Shown here: positions 31,017 to 40,412 of the stretch, one piece after another
Position numbering within the stretch: the stretch's first letter is position 1
How the letters are laid out: each line of letters opens with the position of its first letter
NCBI GenBank assembly: GCA_963681965.1
Contig: OY820579.1
Location: 1,120,001 to 1,184,000, forward strand
Origin: a bacterium
GTDB taxonomy: Bacteria; Electryoneota; JAOADG01
DNA length: 64,000 bases
Reading direction: 5' to 3'
The notes under the pieces: generated by a model
Seen by the model: the letters and a program-made list of their open reading frames with translations, nothing else
What the model was told of the DNA's origin: nothing
The model's database searches: none
Made by a program: the position numbers and the translations under genes

Positions 31017-31517
31017 ATGGCGAATGCCCCGACGAAACGACCGTCGAAGACCAAGTCGAACGAGTTTAAAAGACCACCGTTAACTTCGCTGATCGATACC
31101 GTTACGATCATCATGTTTTATTTGATGACGCAAATGGGTACTTCGGCGATTACCAATCCGATGGTGCCTTCGGTTCCTTATTCGAATTCGAAGGAAGAGG
31201 CGCAAAAAGGCGTGACATTCGGTCTGGATAAAACGGGTTTGTATCAGGAAAAAGTCGATTTTAAAACCAATAATCCGTACAAAGAGAAGTTGGCGGATGT
31301 TGAGACATTACAATCGATGGATTTCGAACTACCCCGATTTCAGGCTGTGTTGGAAGAGGCAAAACTTACTGCCGAACGCCTTAAAACGCCGTTACCGAAC
31401 CTGACGGTTCAGGTCGATTCGATGATAACCTACCATTGGGTATTGAAACTGATGAATATCGCCAGTTCAATGCAGTATAAAAAGGTAGATTTCATCGTCG
31501 TCAATCCTAGCTTATAA
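31017..31517 (+). CDS. ExbD/TolR family protein (AglS-like)
   Basis: LTSLIDTVTIIMFYL TM; TVQVD..ITY..VLKLM...YKKVDFIV. Confidence 0.85.
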   Translation: MANAPTKRPSKTKSNEFKRPPLTSLIDTVTIIMFYLMTQMGTSAITNPMVPSVPYSNSKEEAQKGVTFGLDKTGLYQEKVDFKTNNPYKEKLADVETLQSMDFELPRFQAVLEEAKLTAERLKTPLPNLTVQVDSMITYHWVLKLMNIASSMQYKKVDFIVVNPSL

Positions 31518-31540
31518 GGTTCGGGGGAAAGGAAATCTAC

Positions 31541-32599
31541 ATGGCGACAAACACGATGGTATTTCCGAAGGAATTCGAACGCCATTTCCTGAAGGATTTG
31601 GATAAAGAACTTCTCGGAATAATCGTAGTTCTCTATTCTATATGTTTGATCGGTTGTACGGTCATGTCGCAAATTGACCTGAACATCACCGAACAAGACA
31701 TTTCGATTCCCGGTTTGCCACCTGTTACCGTTCCGACCAATGTCGAAGTTACAAAACAGATGTCGACTCCGGAACCAAAAGCACCGGTTACTGTTAGCGA
31801 TGCTGGTGAAGCAACTGGTGGTAAAGGTGGTACTGGTGGAGCCGATCACGGTGCTGTATTGGGTAATGTCAAAGCTGGTGCTGCAAAAGGTTATGCTGCT
31901 GTAGGTGCAGTTGGTGTCTTCCGTCAAGCCGGTGGCGGCGGTGGCGGCGGCGGTGGTGGCTTTGGTGGCGGCGGCGGCGGTTTTGGCGGCGGCGCTGGCA
32001 TGGGCGGCTACGGTAGTGGTGGCGGTGGCGGCGGATACGGTGTTGCCGGTCTCGGTGGTACTGGTTCCGGAGCCGATCTATCAAAACTGAATGTACTTGG
32101 TACCGGTGCTCGTGAAGCAGCGATGGCGCAAAAGCTCGGACCGGGTGGTAAGTATGTTGCTCAAGCTGCAGCAGGCGGTAAGCTCCGCTTAACCGATCTG
32201 AAACCTGAAGATATCGATGCAATCGTACGCAAAGCGCAAGTTCGCGTTTCGAATGCCCCCGGTATTTCCGGTGCACAAAAAGCTACTTCTGCTAAAGGTC
32301 GTGCGGCAGCAGATATTCAATCGAAGGTGTCGGGATACTCGAATCAGATCAAGACTTGCTTCCAGACGTTCCTCCGTCGTGATCCGAATCTGGCAGGTGA
32401 AGTACGGTTTGCCTTTACAATTAAACCGAATGGAACCGTCTCCAGTGCAAAGATCAACGAAAGCAACTGGTCAGATACGAGCCTTGGTCGACAGGTCGAA
32501 AGCTGTATCCGTGAACGTGTCCAATCTTGGCGATTCGATCAGATCGATCCGTCGAGTGGTGATATTACCGTGAATTATTCATACGTATTTTCACGGTAG
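31541..32599 (+). CDS. TonB-like energy transducer with Gly-rich linker and AgmX/PglI C-terminal domain (GltG/GltJ-like)
   Basis: TM, Pro/Gly-rich linker, IKTCFQTFLRRDPNLAGEVRFAFTIKPNGTV...CI...WRF...VNYSYVF. Confidence 0.85.
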   Translation: MATNTMVFPKEFERHFLKDLDKELLGIIVVLYSICLIGCTVMSQIDLNITEQDISIPGLPPVTVPTNVEVTKQMSTPEPKAPVTVSDAGEATGGKGGTGGADHGAVLGNVKAGAAKGYAAVGAVGVFRQAGGGGGGGGGGFGGGGGGFGGGAGMGGYGSGGGGGGYGVAGLGGTGSGADLSKLNVLGTGAREAAMAQKLGPGGKYVAQAAAGGKLRLTDLKPEDIDAIVRKAQVRVSNAPGISGAQKATSAKGRAAADIQSKVSGYSNQIKTCFQTFLRRDPNLAGEVRFAFTIKPNGTVSSAKINESNWSDTSLGRQVESCIRERVQSWRFDQIDPSSGDITVNYSYVFSR

Positions 32600-32653
32600 G
32601 AGGAGCTTCGGTCACGTTTGACCATGGGTAAGAGACCCTAAGAAAAATATATG

Positions 32654-32692
32654 ACCGGGAACCGAAGCTCCTTCGGTTCCCGGTATTGTTTT
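32654..32692 (+). terminator. Terminator hairpin between the Agl-Glt-like operon and aspS
   Basis: 14-bp perfect stem ACCGGGAACCGAAG-CTC-CTTCGGTTCCCGGT followed by ATTGTTTT. Confidence 0.75.
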
Positions 32693-32752
32693 ATCCTATC
32701 GTTCCTTTTTTCGAAGATTGCAGTCATCATAATTCAGAATGGTATAGGGATC

Positions 32753-34501
32753 ATGTTACGAACACACTACTGCGGGGATTTGCGAAAAGAATATACCGGT
32801 AACCTAGTAACCGTATGCGGTTGGGTTGATCGAATCAGAAATCTGGGTGGACTACTCTTTATCGATTTGCGTGATCGCGAAGGTATAGTGCAAATCTCCA
32901 TTCCAACTGGCGAATTGACTGCAAAAGCCGAAACAATCGGTCGCGAATATGTGATTCGAGTCGATGGTCGGATTTCAGTTCGACCAAATCCCAATCCGAA
33001 GCTCTCGACTGGCGAGATTGAAATCATCGCTTCCAATTTGGAGATCCTTTCGACTGCAGATACCCCGCCGTATGAACTGGACGAACCGAATATCAGCGAA
33101 GAACTTCGACTGAAGTATCGATACTTCGATCTCCGGCGACAGGAATTAGCCCGAAATTTACGACTTCGATCGAAAGCCGCGACAATCGTTCGAAATTACT
33201 TCGATGAATTAGGTTTCGTGGAAGTGGAAACGCCGGTACTGATGCGCTCGACACCCGAAGGTGCCCGCGATTATATCGTTCCATCACGGATTCATCACGG
33301 CTCGTTTTATGCCCTTCCCCAGTCACCACAGCAATACAAACAGTTGTTGATGGTTGCGGGAATGGATCGCTATTATCAAATTGTGAAATGCTTTCGCGAC
33401 GAAGATTTGCGTGCTGACAGGCAACCGGAGTTTACCCAGATCGACGTCGAGATGTCATTTGTCGAACAGGATGACGTACTTGTGGTGGGCGAAGAGATGA
33501 TTCGCAAGATCTTGCGAACAATCGCCAACTATGAACTCCCTACAATAGGACGAATGACCTATGCCGAAGCGATGATGCGATTTGGCAGCGATAAACCCGA
33601 TCTGCGATTTGGAATGGAAATCGAAACAGTAACGGAACTATTCCACAATTGCGGTTTTAAAGGGTTTGATGATGTAATATCCGCAACTGGACACGTAGCC
33701 GGTATTAAGATTCCCGGCGCGGCTTCGGCGTCGCGAAAAGTAACCGATGGTTGGCAGGATGCTGCTAAGAAACTAGGTCTTGCGGGTGTCGTTACTTTCA
33801 AGAAGACCGCCGAAGGGGTTACTTCTTCGATTGGAAAATTCCTGACTCCGGAGACAATTGCTGCAGTGGAACATCATTTTGCGATGTCGGAAGGCGATCT
33901 CGTGGCTTTGGCAGCAAACATTTCATCAAAGCTATATCCAGCGCTGGGTACTTTACGGCTACAATGGGCACGCGAATTTAATCAGATCGATCGCTCAAAA
34001 TGGGCAGCGTTATGGGTAACAGATTTCCCGTTATTGGAATGGGATGAGGAAGGTAAACGCTGGTCCGCGATGCATCATCCGTTTACCTCGCCGAACAATC
34101 CCAGCGAGTTTGTTGAATTGGTTAATTCCGGTGGTGACTTGAGTAATGTGACTGCCAAGGCATATGACATTGTACTAAATGGAAACGAAATTGGCGGCGG
34201 TTCGATTCGTAATCATCGTCCCGATGTACAACAGGCGATGTTTCAGGCAATCGGAATGTCCGAGGAACAGGCGAAGAACAAGTTCGGATTCTTCTTGGAA
34301 GCATTGACCTATGGCACGCCACCGCACGGTGGTATCGCATTCGGTTGGGATCGGATTGTCGCATTGCTTTGTGGCTGCGACAATATCCGCGACGTAATTG
34401 CTTTCCCAAAGACGACTGCGGCTTCGTCATTGATGGATGGCTGTCCCTCTTCAGTTTCGCCTGAGCAATTATCCGAATTGGGCATTAAAGTAGTCGAATA
34501 A
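32753..34501 (+). CDS. aspS: Aspartate-tRNA ligase
   Basis: MLRTHYCG, ALPQSPQ, FRDEDLRADRQPEFTQID and PPHGGIAFG motifs. Confidence 0.98.
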   Translation: MLRTHYCGDLRKEYTGNLVTVCGWVDRIRNLGGLLFIDLRDREGIVQISIPTGELTAKAETIGREYVIRVDGRISVRPNPNPKLSTGEIEIIASNLEILSTADTPPYELDEPNISEELRLKYRYFDLRRQELARNLRLRSKAATIVRNYFDELGFVEVETPVLMRSTPEGARDYIVPSRIHHGSFYALPQSPQQYKQLLMVAGMDRYYQIVKCFRDEDLRADRQPEFTQIDVEMSFVEQDDVLVVGEEMIRKILRTIANYELPTIGRMTYAEAMMRFGSDKPDLRFGMEIETVTELFHNCGFKGFDDVISATGHVAGIKIPGAASASRKVTDGWQDAAKKLGLAGVVTFKKTAEGVTSSIGKFLTPETIAAVEHHFAMSEGDLVALAANISSKLYPALGTLRLQWAREFNQIDRSKWAALWVTDFPLLEWDEEGKRWSAMHHPFTSPNNPSEFVELVNSGGDLSNVTAKAYDIVLNGNEIGGGSIRNHRPDVQQAMFQAIGMSEEQAKNKFGFFLEALTYGTPPHGGIAFGWDRIVALLCGCDNIRDVIAFPKTTAASSLMDGCPSSVSPEQLSELGIKVVE

Positions 34502-34537
34502 TTTCTGAATAATACTAGAATATTCAATAATATCGAT

Positions 34538-35581
34538 ATGAATTCGCGAAAGACAGCAACACCAAAACGAAACGCTTTAAAATTGCAGCGATGGGAAATC
34601 TCGCTGGGTGATGTCATCGGTCCTGAATTGTTGGGTCCAAACGATAGCCATATTCGCTATCTCGAGCAGTATTTCGTTTCTACCTTCTCTGTTCGAGGCA
34701 ACAAATTACTGGTGAATGGACCGGTTCAGGAACGCGAGTTGATCGAAACTGTGTTCCGCGACTTGTTAGCGATTCGAATCGATCGTAAGGAGTCGGTACT
34801 GAGTGATGATGTAAAAACCGCAGTAGCATTGGCATCGGAACGCCATCAACGAAAACCTCAGGAACCAGATTTACCGCCAGTTGCGACGATTGTTGAAGAA
34901 AATGCGATGGTTCGGATTTCACCGTTGTTGCGAAAACCGATTCAACCGCGAAGCAAAAATCAATATAATTATCTCGAGTTAATTCACGATTACTCGATCG
35001 TATTCGCAACGGGTCCTGCCGGATCGGGAAAAACCTATCTAGCCGTTGCAGCAGCCGTTACAGCCTTGCTGGAAGGGGATGTTGAACGGATTATTTTAGT
35101 GCGTCCTGCGGTCGAAGCAGGAGAGCATCTCGGTTTTTTACCGGGCGACTTGAAAGAGAAAGTCGACCCGTATTTTCGTCCGATCTACGATGCACTGATG
35201 GATATGCTACCGGCTGAGAAACTGAAACGGATGCTGTACAGCGGGATGATCGAGATTGCACCGTTGGCGTACATGCGCGGTCGAACGTTGAGCAATGCAT
35301 TTGTGATTTTGGATGAAGCCCAAAATACTACCAGCGCACAGATGAAAATGTTCTTAACCCGGATTGGACGGGGTTCGCATGCGGTAATCACCGGAGATTT
35401 AACGCAAATCGATCTCCCAAACGGTGTTTCGTCGGGATTGCCGGAAGCGCTTTCGATTTTGGATCGGGTATCGGGTATTGCGGAAATTGAATTATCGTCT
35501 GAAGATATTGTGCGACACGGTTTAGTGATCGAAATTGTGGAAGCATATAATCGTCAAAAACGATTGCGCTCGAGCGAATAG
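34538..35581 (+). CDS. phoH: PhoH family ATPase (YbeZ-like)
   Basis: GPAGSGKTYLA, RPAVEAGE and AYMRGRTL motifs. Confidence 0.93.
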   Translation: MNSRKTATPKRNALKLQRWEISLGDVIGPELLGPNDSHIRYLEQYFVSTFSVRGNKLLVNGPVQERELIETVFRDLLAIRIDRKESVLSDDVKTAVALASERHQRKPQEPDLPPVATIVEENAMVRISPLLRKPIQPRSKNQYNYLELIHDYSIVFATGPAGSGKTYLAVAAAVTALLEGDVERIILVRPAVEAGEHLGFLPGDLKEKVDPYFRPIYDALMDMLPAEKLKRMLYSGMIEIAPLAYMRGRTLSNAFVILDEAQNTTSAQMKMFLTRIGRGSHAVITGDLTQIDLPNGVSSGLPEALSILDRVSGIAEIELSSEDIVRHGLVIEIVEAYNRQKRLRSSE

Positions 35582-35626
35582 ATTTGTTGCACTGAGTAGG
35601 TCCGGAGAATTTGTTGGAACAACTGA

Positions 35627-37849
35627 ATGAATAGCGTACCATCCTTCAAACCGCTTTTTTCCGTGTCATGGCGAACTCAATTCGTCCGATGGATGCTATT
35701 ACTCGTTGTAACGCTGCTATTAACCGTTCTCTTACCGAGTCCCTTTGGCAATGAATATGCCGATCTGCGCGAGGGTGCAGTCTCCTCACGCGATGTGGAT
35801 GCCCCGTTCGATTTCGAAATATTAAAAGATGCAGATAAGTTGGCGCAGGAGCGATTCGATGCACGTCGAACGGTTCCACCGGTTGTTGAGTTTAACGATT
35901 CGTTAACTCGAAAATTAAAACAACAATTTTCGGTAACTTCCAATCGTCTCGAGACCGAACTACACGACTTGTCGGCGTCGGCGACTCTATCACCCGATAC
36001 TGCCGTTCGAACCATCGTCGAGTCGATCTTTACCGAATCCCGCTTTTATTTGCCCCGCGAAACAGCGGAATGGTTAATTGAGAAATATCTTAGTGATTCG
36101 CGTTCAATCGTTGATGCTCTCCAACGCTGGCGGCAACTGCAGTCGGCGATTTTAGCACAGGGAATTTTTCACGATCGATCCGAAACCGCAGATTCAGTTG
36201 TCATGGCGAAAGATGGCAATACTACCAAGCGCCGATCGATCGACAGCTATATTCTCGAAAGTGAATTGCAGGAAACGATCCTGTCGAAGCTCCGCGAGCA
36301 AGAACCCTCGGAGGAAATGATTCGCGCTGCCTATGCGCTTCTTCGACCGATGCTGGTAGCAAATTGGAATTACAATGCGGAAGAGACGGATCGGTTGCGT
36401 GATGCCGCAGCAGTGAATGTACCATCGGCGCAAGGAATCGTCTTAAAGGGTGAGCGTATCATCGATCGTGGAAAGCGGATCGATGAAAAACAGATTTCGG
36501 TTCTCCGTTCGCTGCTGGTTAAACGCGATGAATTATACGCTTATCGCGGTTTCTGGGGACAATTTCTACCGCGATTGGGAATTGCCCTTTCAATTTTCGC
36601 AATTTTCTTCATTTGGTCGTCGTTACTGTTACTGATGCGCCCGCATCGGATGCGACGAATATCCGACCTGTTACTGGCACTGATGTTGTTAGCGGCTCCG
36701 ATTTTCATTCTGGCGCGAGGAATTTTACCGGCTGAATGGTCGACGCTCTATTTCCCTGCCGGTGCATTCATTATGTCTATTGCGATTCTGTTCGATGTTG
36801 AAATTGCCTTAATCGCAGTCGGAATGCTAGCCGGATTAGCGGGCATCGTCGGTGAAGGACGATTGTCACTGGTGCTGTATGCGGTTTTTTCCGGTGTAAC
36901 ACCATTGGCGATTGTCGGACGGGTAACCACGCGCGGTCACTTATTCCGTGCGACTCCGGTCGTGTTAGTAGCTTCGACAATCCTGGTCGTTTCCCGAGCT
37001 GCTTCGGAAATGATGTGGTCGCTTGAGACGACTCAGGATGTGATCGCCGGGGCAGTCATGTCGGCGGCAACGCCGTTGCTAGTATTTGGCATCGTTTATC
37101 TTGCCGAAAAAATGTTTCGCGTAACAACCGATCTTACCTATCTAGAACTTTCCGACTTCAATCGTCCAATTCTAAGACGTCTGGCGTTCGAAGCGCCGGG
37201 CACTTTCCATCATTCGATCCTGGTAGGCGCATTGTCCGAAGCCGCCGCACGTGCAGTCGGTGGTAATCCTGTTCTAGCTCGTTGTGCCGCGTATTATCAC
37301 GATATTGGGAAACTGGATGCTCGCGACTTCTTTATCGAGAATCAATCCGAGAAAAGTAATCCCCATGAGGAACTGACGCCGGTGGAATCGGCAGAAATTC
37401 TTCGAAATCATGTTCTGCGGGGAATCGAAATGGCGCGCGAGTTACATCTTCCCAGTGAAGTCGTAGCCGCTATTCCTGAACATCACGGAACAATGGTGAT
37501 GACATTCTTTCACAACCGCGCTTTACATCAACAAAACGCTGTTGATGAAAATGATTATCGTTACCGCGGTCCTCGACCCCGCTCGAAAGAGACCGCTATC
37601 CTGATGCTGGCTGATGGTTGCGAAGCGGTCAGCAGAACGCTGAAAGACGCTGGAAAAGAAGAATTGCGGAAAGCGATCCGGTCGATAATTCGCGAGCGGA
37701 TGGGTGATGGTCAGTTAGATCACGCCCCCTTGACGTTTTTAGAGTTGCGTCGAATTGAATCGGCATTTGTGACGGTCCTGGATGGGATTATGCACAAACG
37801 AATAACTTATCCGCAGCCGGCTCAATATTCACCGAAGGCAGTAACATGA
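35627..37849 (+). CDS. 7TM-HD (HDIG) phosphodiesterase, PgpH-like
   Basis: Extracellular domain, 7 TM helices, APGTFHHS, YYHDIGK, EHHGT and MLADGCEA motifs. Confidence 0.92.
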   Translation: MNSVPSFKPLFSVSWRTQFVRWMLLLVVTLLLTVLLPSPFGNEYADLREGAVSSRDVDAPFDFEILKDADKLAQERFDARRTVPPVVEFNDSLTRKLKQQFSVTSNRLETELHDLSASATLSPDTAVRTIVESIFTESRFYLPRETAEWLIEKYLSDSRSIVDALQRWRQLQSAILAQGIFHDRSETADSVVMAKDGNTTKRRSIDSYILESELQETILSKLREQEPSEEMIRAAYALLRPMLVANWNYNAEETDRLRDAAAVNVPSAQGIVLKGERIIDRGKRIDEKQISVLRSLLVKRDELYAYRGFWGQFLPRLGIALSIFAIFFIWSSLLLLMRPHRMRRISDLLLALMLLAAPIFILARGILPAEWSTLYFPAGAFIMSIAILFDVEIALIAVGMLAGLAGIVGEGRLSLVLYAVFSGVTPLAIVGRVTTRGHLFRATPVVLVASTILVVSRAASEMMWSLETTQDVIAGAVMSAATPLLVFGIVYLAEKMFRVTTDLTYLELSDFNRPILRRLAFEAPGTFHHSILVGALSEAAARAVGGNPVLARCAAYYHDIGKLDARDFFIENQSEKSNPHEELTPVESAEILRNHVLRGIEMARELHLPSEVVAAIPEHHGTMVMTFFHNRALHQQNAVDENDYRYRGPRPRSKETAILMLADGCEAVSRTLKDAGKEELRKAIRSIIRERMGDGQLDHAPLTFLELRRIESAFVTVLDGIMHKRITYPQPAQYSPKAVT

Positions 37850-38274
37850 TCGACATTGCCAATGAACACCCCTGCCGACGGGTCGACCGAAAAATATTGG
37901 CTTCGCTGCTTACAAAAACGGTAAGAGCGGAACGGCGAAAAGCCGGTACAATTTCGGTAATATTGGTTACTGACAAGAAAATCAGTGAATTACATAGTAA
38001 ATTCTTACATGATTCATCGGCAACCGACGTGATTACCTTTGATTTGTCACTTTCTGAAGAACTGGAAGGTGATATTGTGATTTCGTTGGACACTGCGGCT
38101 CGGCAAGCAAAGGATTACGGTGTTACATTACGTGAAGAAACCGGACGATTAGCTATTCACGGTATTCTGCATTTGTGTGGGTATCGCGATCGATCGAAAC
38201 AGTTGCGTGCAGCGATGCACCTGCGTGAAAACTTCCATCTGCAACAAGCAGGTTGGTTAACAAGCAAAGAGTAG
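37846..38274 (+). CDS. ybeY: rRNA maturation endoribonuclease YbeY
   Basis: TDVITF, GDIVIS and HGILHLCGYRD motifs. Confidence 0.93.
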   Translation: MIDIANEHPCRRVDRKILASLLTKTVRAERRKAGTISVILVTDKKISELHSKFLHDSSATDVITFDLSLSEELEGDIVISLDTAARQAKDYGVTLREETGRLAIHGILHLCGYRDRSKQLRAAMHLRENFHLQQAGWLTSKE

Positions 38275-38289
38275 ATAAGAGTTATAATT

Positions 38290-39561
38290 GTGATCGATGT
38301 AATTTTGGTCGTGACAATTGTCGTAATGTTAGGCTGTGCAACGTTTTTTTCCGCAGCCGAAGTAGCATTGTTTTCACTCTCGCGTCAAATGATTGCCCGA
38401 TGGCGCGATGAGAACGACAATACTTCCCGACGCCTGGCAAAACTCTTGGATCGACCGCGTGAGTTGGTTTTGACATCATTAGTCGGGTATTCCGCTTCGA
38501 TTACTGTAGTAGTCATTGCAGCTATCTTTTTAACCCGACATATTTTCAGTGGCTTTGGTTTTGAAAAACAGATCTCATTGTTTTTCTGTTTGTTAGTGAT
38601 TATTCCGTTAATCGTGCTATTTGGAAATTTGATTCCGCGTATCGTTTCGCTATCGAATCCGGAAAAGATTGCCAGGAAGCTTTCTTTACCACTTTTGTTC
38701 AGTTACTTTGCATTTACACCGATCACTTGGTTCTTTGGGATAATTTCGGGTGGGTTGGCTCGGATAATGGGAATAGAGCGGGAACGCTTGACGATGTCTG
38801 CCAGTCAGTTGGATGCTTTGATTGAAGTGGAAGAACAACACGAGGAAATCAACGCGTCGGAACGGGAGATGATCCAAGCAGTGATCGAAATCCGCGACAA
38901 GCCTACTCGAGAAATCATGGTTCCGCGGATCGATATGGTTGGAATCAGCATCGAAACAACTCTTCCGGAAGCAATTGCTGTGGTAAGAGAGTCGATGCAC
39001 AGCCGGATCCCAGTGTACGATGGAACCATCGATAATATCGTTGGCGTGTTGTATGCAAAGGATTTATTGAAAGAAATTCCCGAAGATGCAACGCTTCGGA
39101 ATTTCTTGCGGGAACCTTACTTTGTTCCCGACAATAAACATATTAACGAATTGCTGAAAGAATTCCAGAAGAAACGATTACACTTGGCAATTGTCGTCGA
39201 TGAATACGGTGGTGTTGCAGGTGTTGTTACTCTTGAAGATATTTTAGAAGAGATTATCGGTGAAATTCAGGATGAGTACGATCAAGAAACCCCATCCGTG
39301 ATGAAAGTATCCGATCGGGAATGGTTGGTCGAAGGGCGATTGTCTGTAGCCGATTTAAACGAGACGTTCGGCGAAACTGTAATCTCTGAATCCGAGGACT
39401 TTGAAACGATTGGTGGATTCCTGAACTCGATTGCAGGTCGAGTACCGAATATCGGCGATTCTTTCTTAGAAGGGCAATGGCGATTTACAGTGGATAAACG
39501 TGCGGAAAACCGAATTCAATCGGTTCGTATTGAGCGTGAATCGGTGGTAAACGAGGCATAG
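38290..39561 (+). CDS. CNNM/DUF21-CBS-CorC hemolysin-family protein
   Basis: FFSAAEVALFSL, MVPRIDM, HSRIPVY and IVVDEYGG...EDILEEIIGEI motifs. Confidence 0.92.
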   Translation: MIDVILVVTIVVMLGCATFFSAAEVALFSLSRQMIARWRDENDNTSRRLAKLLDRPRELVLTSLVGYSASITVVVIAAIFLTRHIFSGFGFEKQISLFFCLLVIIPLIVLFGNLIPRIVSLSNPEKIARKLSLPLLFSYFAFTPITWFFGIISGGLARIMGIERERLTMSASQLDALIEVEEQHEEINASEREMIQAVIEIRDKPTREIMVPRIDMVGISIETTLPEAIAVVRESMHSRIPVYDGTIDNIVGVLYAKDLLKEIPEDATLRNFLREPYFVPDNKHINELLKEFQKKRLHLAIVVDEYGGVAGVVTLEDILEEIIGEIQDEYDQETPSVMKVSDREWLVEGRLSVADLNETFGETVISESEDFETIGGFLNSIAGRVPNIGDSFLEGQWRFTVDKRAENRIQSVRIERESVVNEA

Positions 39562-39562
39562 A

Positions 39563-40117
39563 ATGGGTTATTTTCGCGATTTCTGGCATCGTTATGGTTA
39601 TCGTTATTTTTTTAAACGATATCGCTCGGTGTGGGGTGAACCACCGAAGTTTGCATATCGTCGAGGAATTCTACCATCTAAGATTTTAGTATGTTTACCG
39701 CCGTTGAATGGACCGATTCAAGAGGCGGTTCGAGCTATCACATGGCTCCCCAATTTTTTTCCCGCAGCCGAGATACGCATCGTTCATTACGACGAAGTTG
39801 CGGGAAGTATTCCGATTCAATTCCGGTCTTGGGGAGTTCTTGAGAAGAGTCATTTCAATTCGTTCGGGTTACCGAAACGATCTTTTTTGGAAGAAATTCG
39901 GAGCTGGGAAGCGGATTTATCGATCGATCTTTCCGATCCCGCGAACGAAGTAACCGATTTAATTTGTGCGACTTCCGGAAGCAAATGGCATGCTGCACTC
40001 TTGAGTGAAGCCAGCCGGTTTGTTTCATCGGGCAATATTTTAATTTTCCCGTTACCGAATACTTCTCGTCAAGAACGGTACGGTGTATTACTCCGGTATT
40101 TAGCACCGGAAAAATAA
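39563..40117 (+). CDS. Hypothetical protein (weak resemblance to a GT9-like Rossmann domain)
   Basis: ORF tightly coupled to the upstream gene; ADLSIDL motif. Confidence 0.6.
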   Translation: MGYFRDFWHRYGYRYFFKRYRSVWGEPPKFAYRRGILPSKILVCLPPLNGPIQEAVRAITWLPNFFPAAEIRIVHYDEVAGSIPIQFRSWGVLEKSHFNSFGLPKRSFLEEIRSWEADLSIDLSDPANEVTDLICATSGSKWHAALLSEASRFVSSGNILIFPLPNTSRQERYGVLLRYLAPEK

Positions 40118-40155
40118 ATTGAATTCAGATTTTGGATTCAATCAATCGAAGTTTA

Positions 40156-40400
40156 CTTGAACGAGTTTTTGATTCGTCTCAAGCGGAGTGGACACCTGTT
40201 CGACAAGAGCAGGCTGGGTAAATAGTGAAGCCAATCGGCTTCAGTGGAGCAGCGGATGAGCTGGTTCTGGTTACGGACGATTCTAATGATGCTTCTGCCA
40301 AGCATGGCTGGAGGAGCATTCCAAGCAGTTACCGAATCAGGCACCGCTAGAACGGGGAGAAAACGGCACCAGCCCGGTTGGCTGCGGCATGCCTGCGTCC
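40156..40400 (+). ncRNA. Putative structured 5' leader of rng/rne
   Basis: Several nested stems found by eye (see findings). Confidence 0.45.
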
Positions 40401-40412
40401 CCCGGAGAGAAA

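Noticed and set aside
31930-32040. GGC/GGT low-complexity run
   Set aside because: Encodes the Gly-rich linker of the TonB-like protein; not a separate element.
32600-32750. T-box riboswitch for aspS
   Set aside because: No GGTGGNACC T-box sequence and the region is too short.
40156-40400. RNase P, SRP, tmRNA or 6S RNA
   Set aside because: Their conserved signature sequences were not found; kept only as a generic structured leader.
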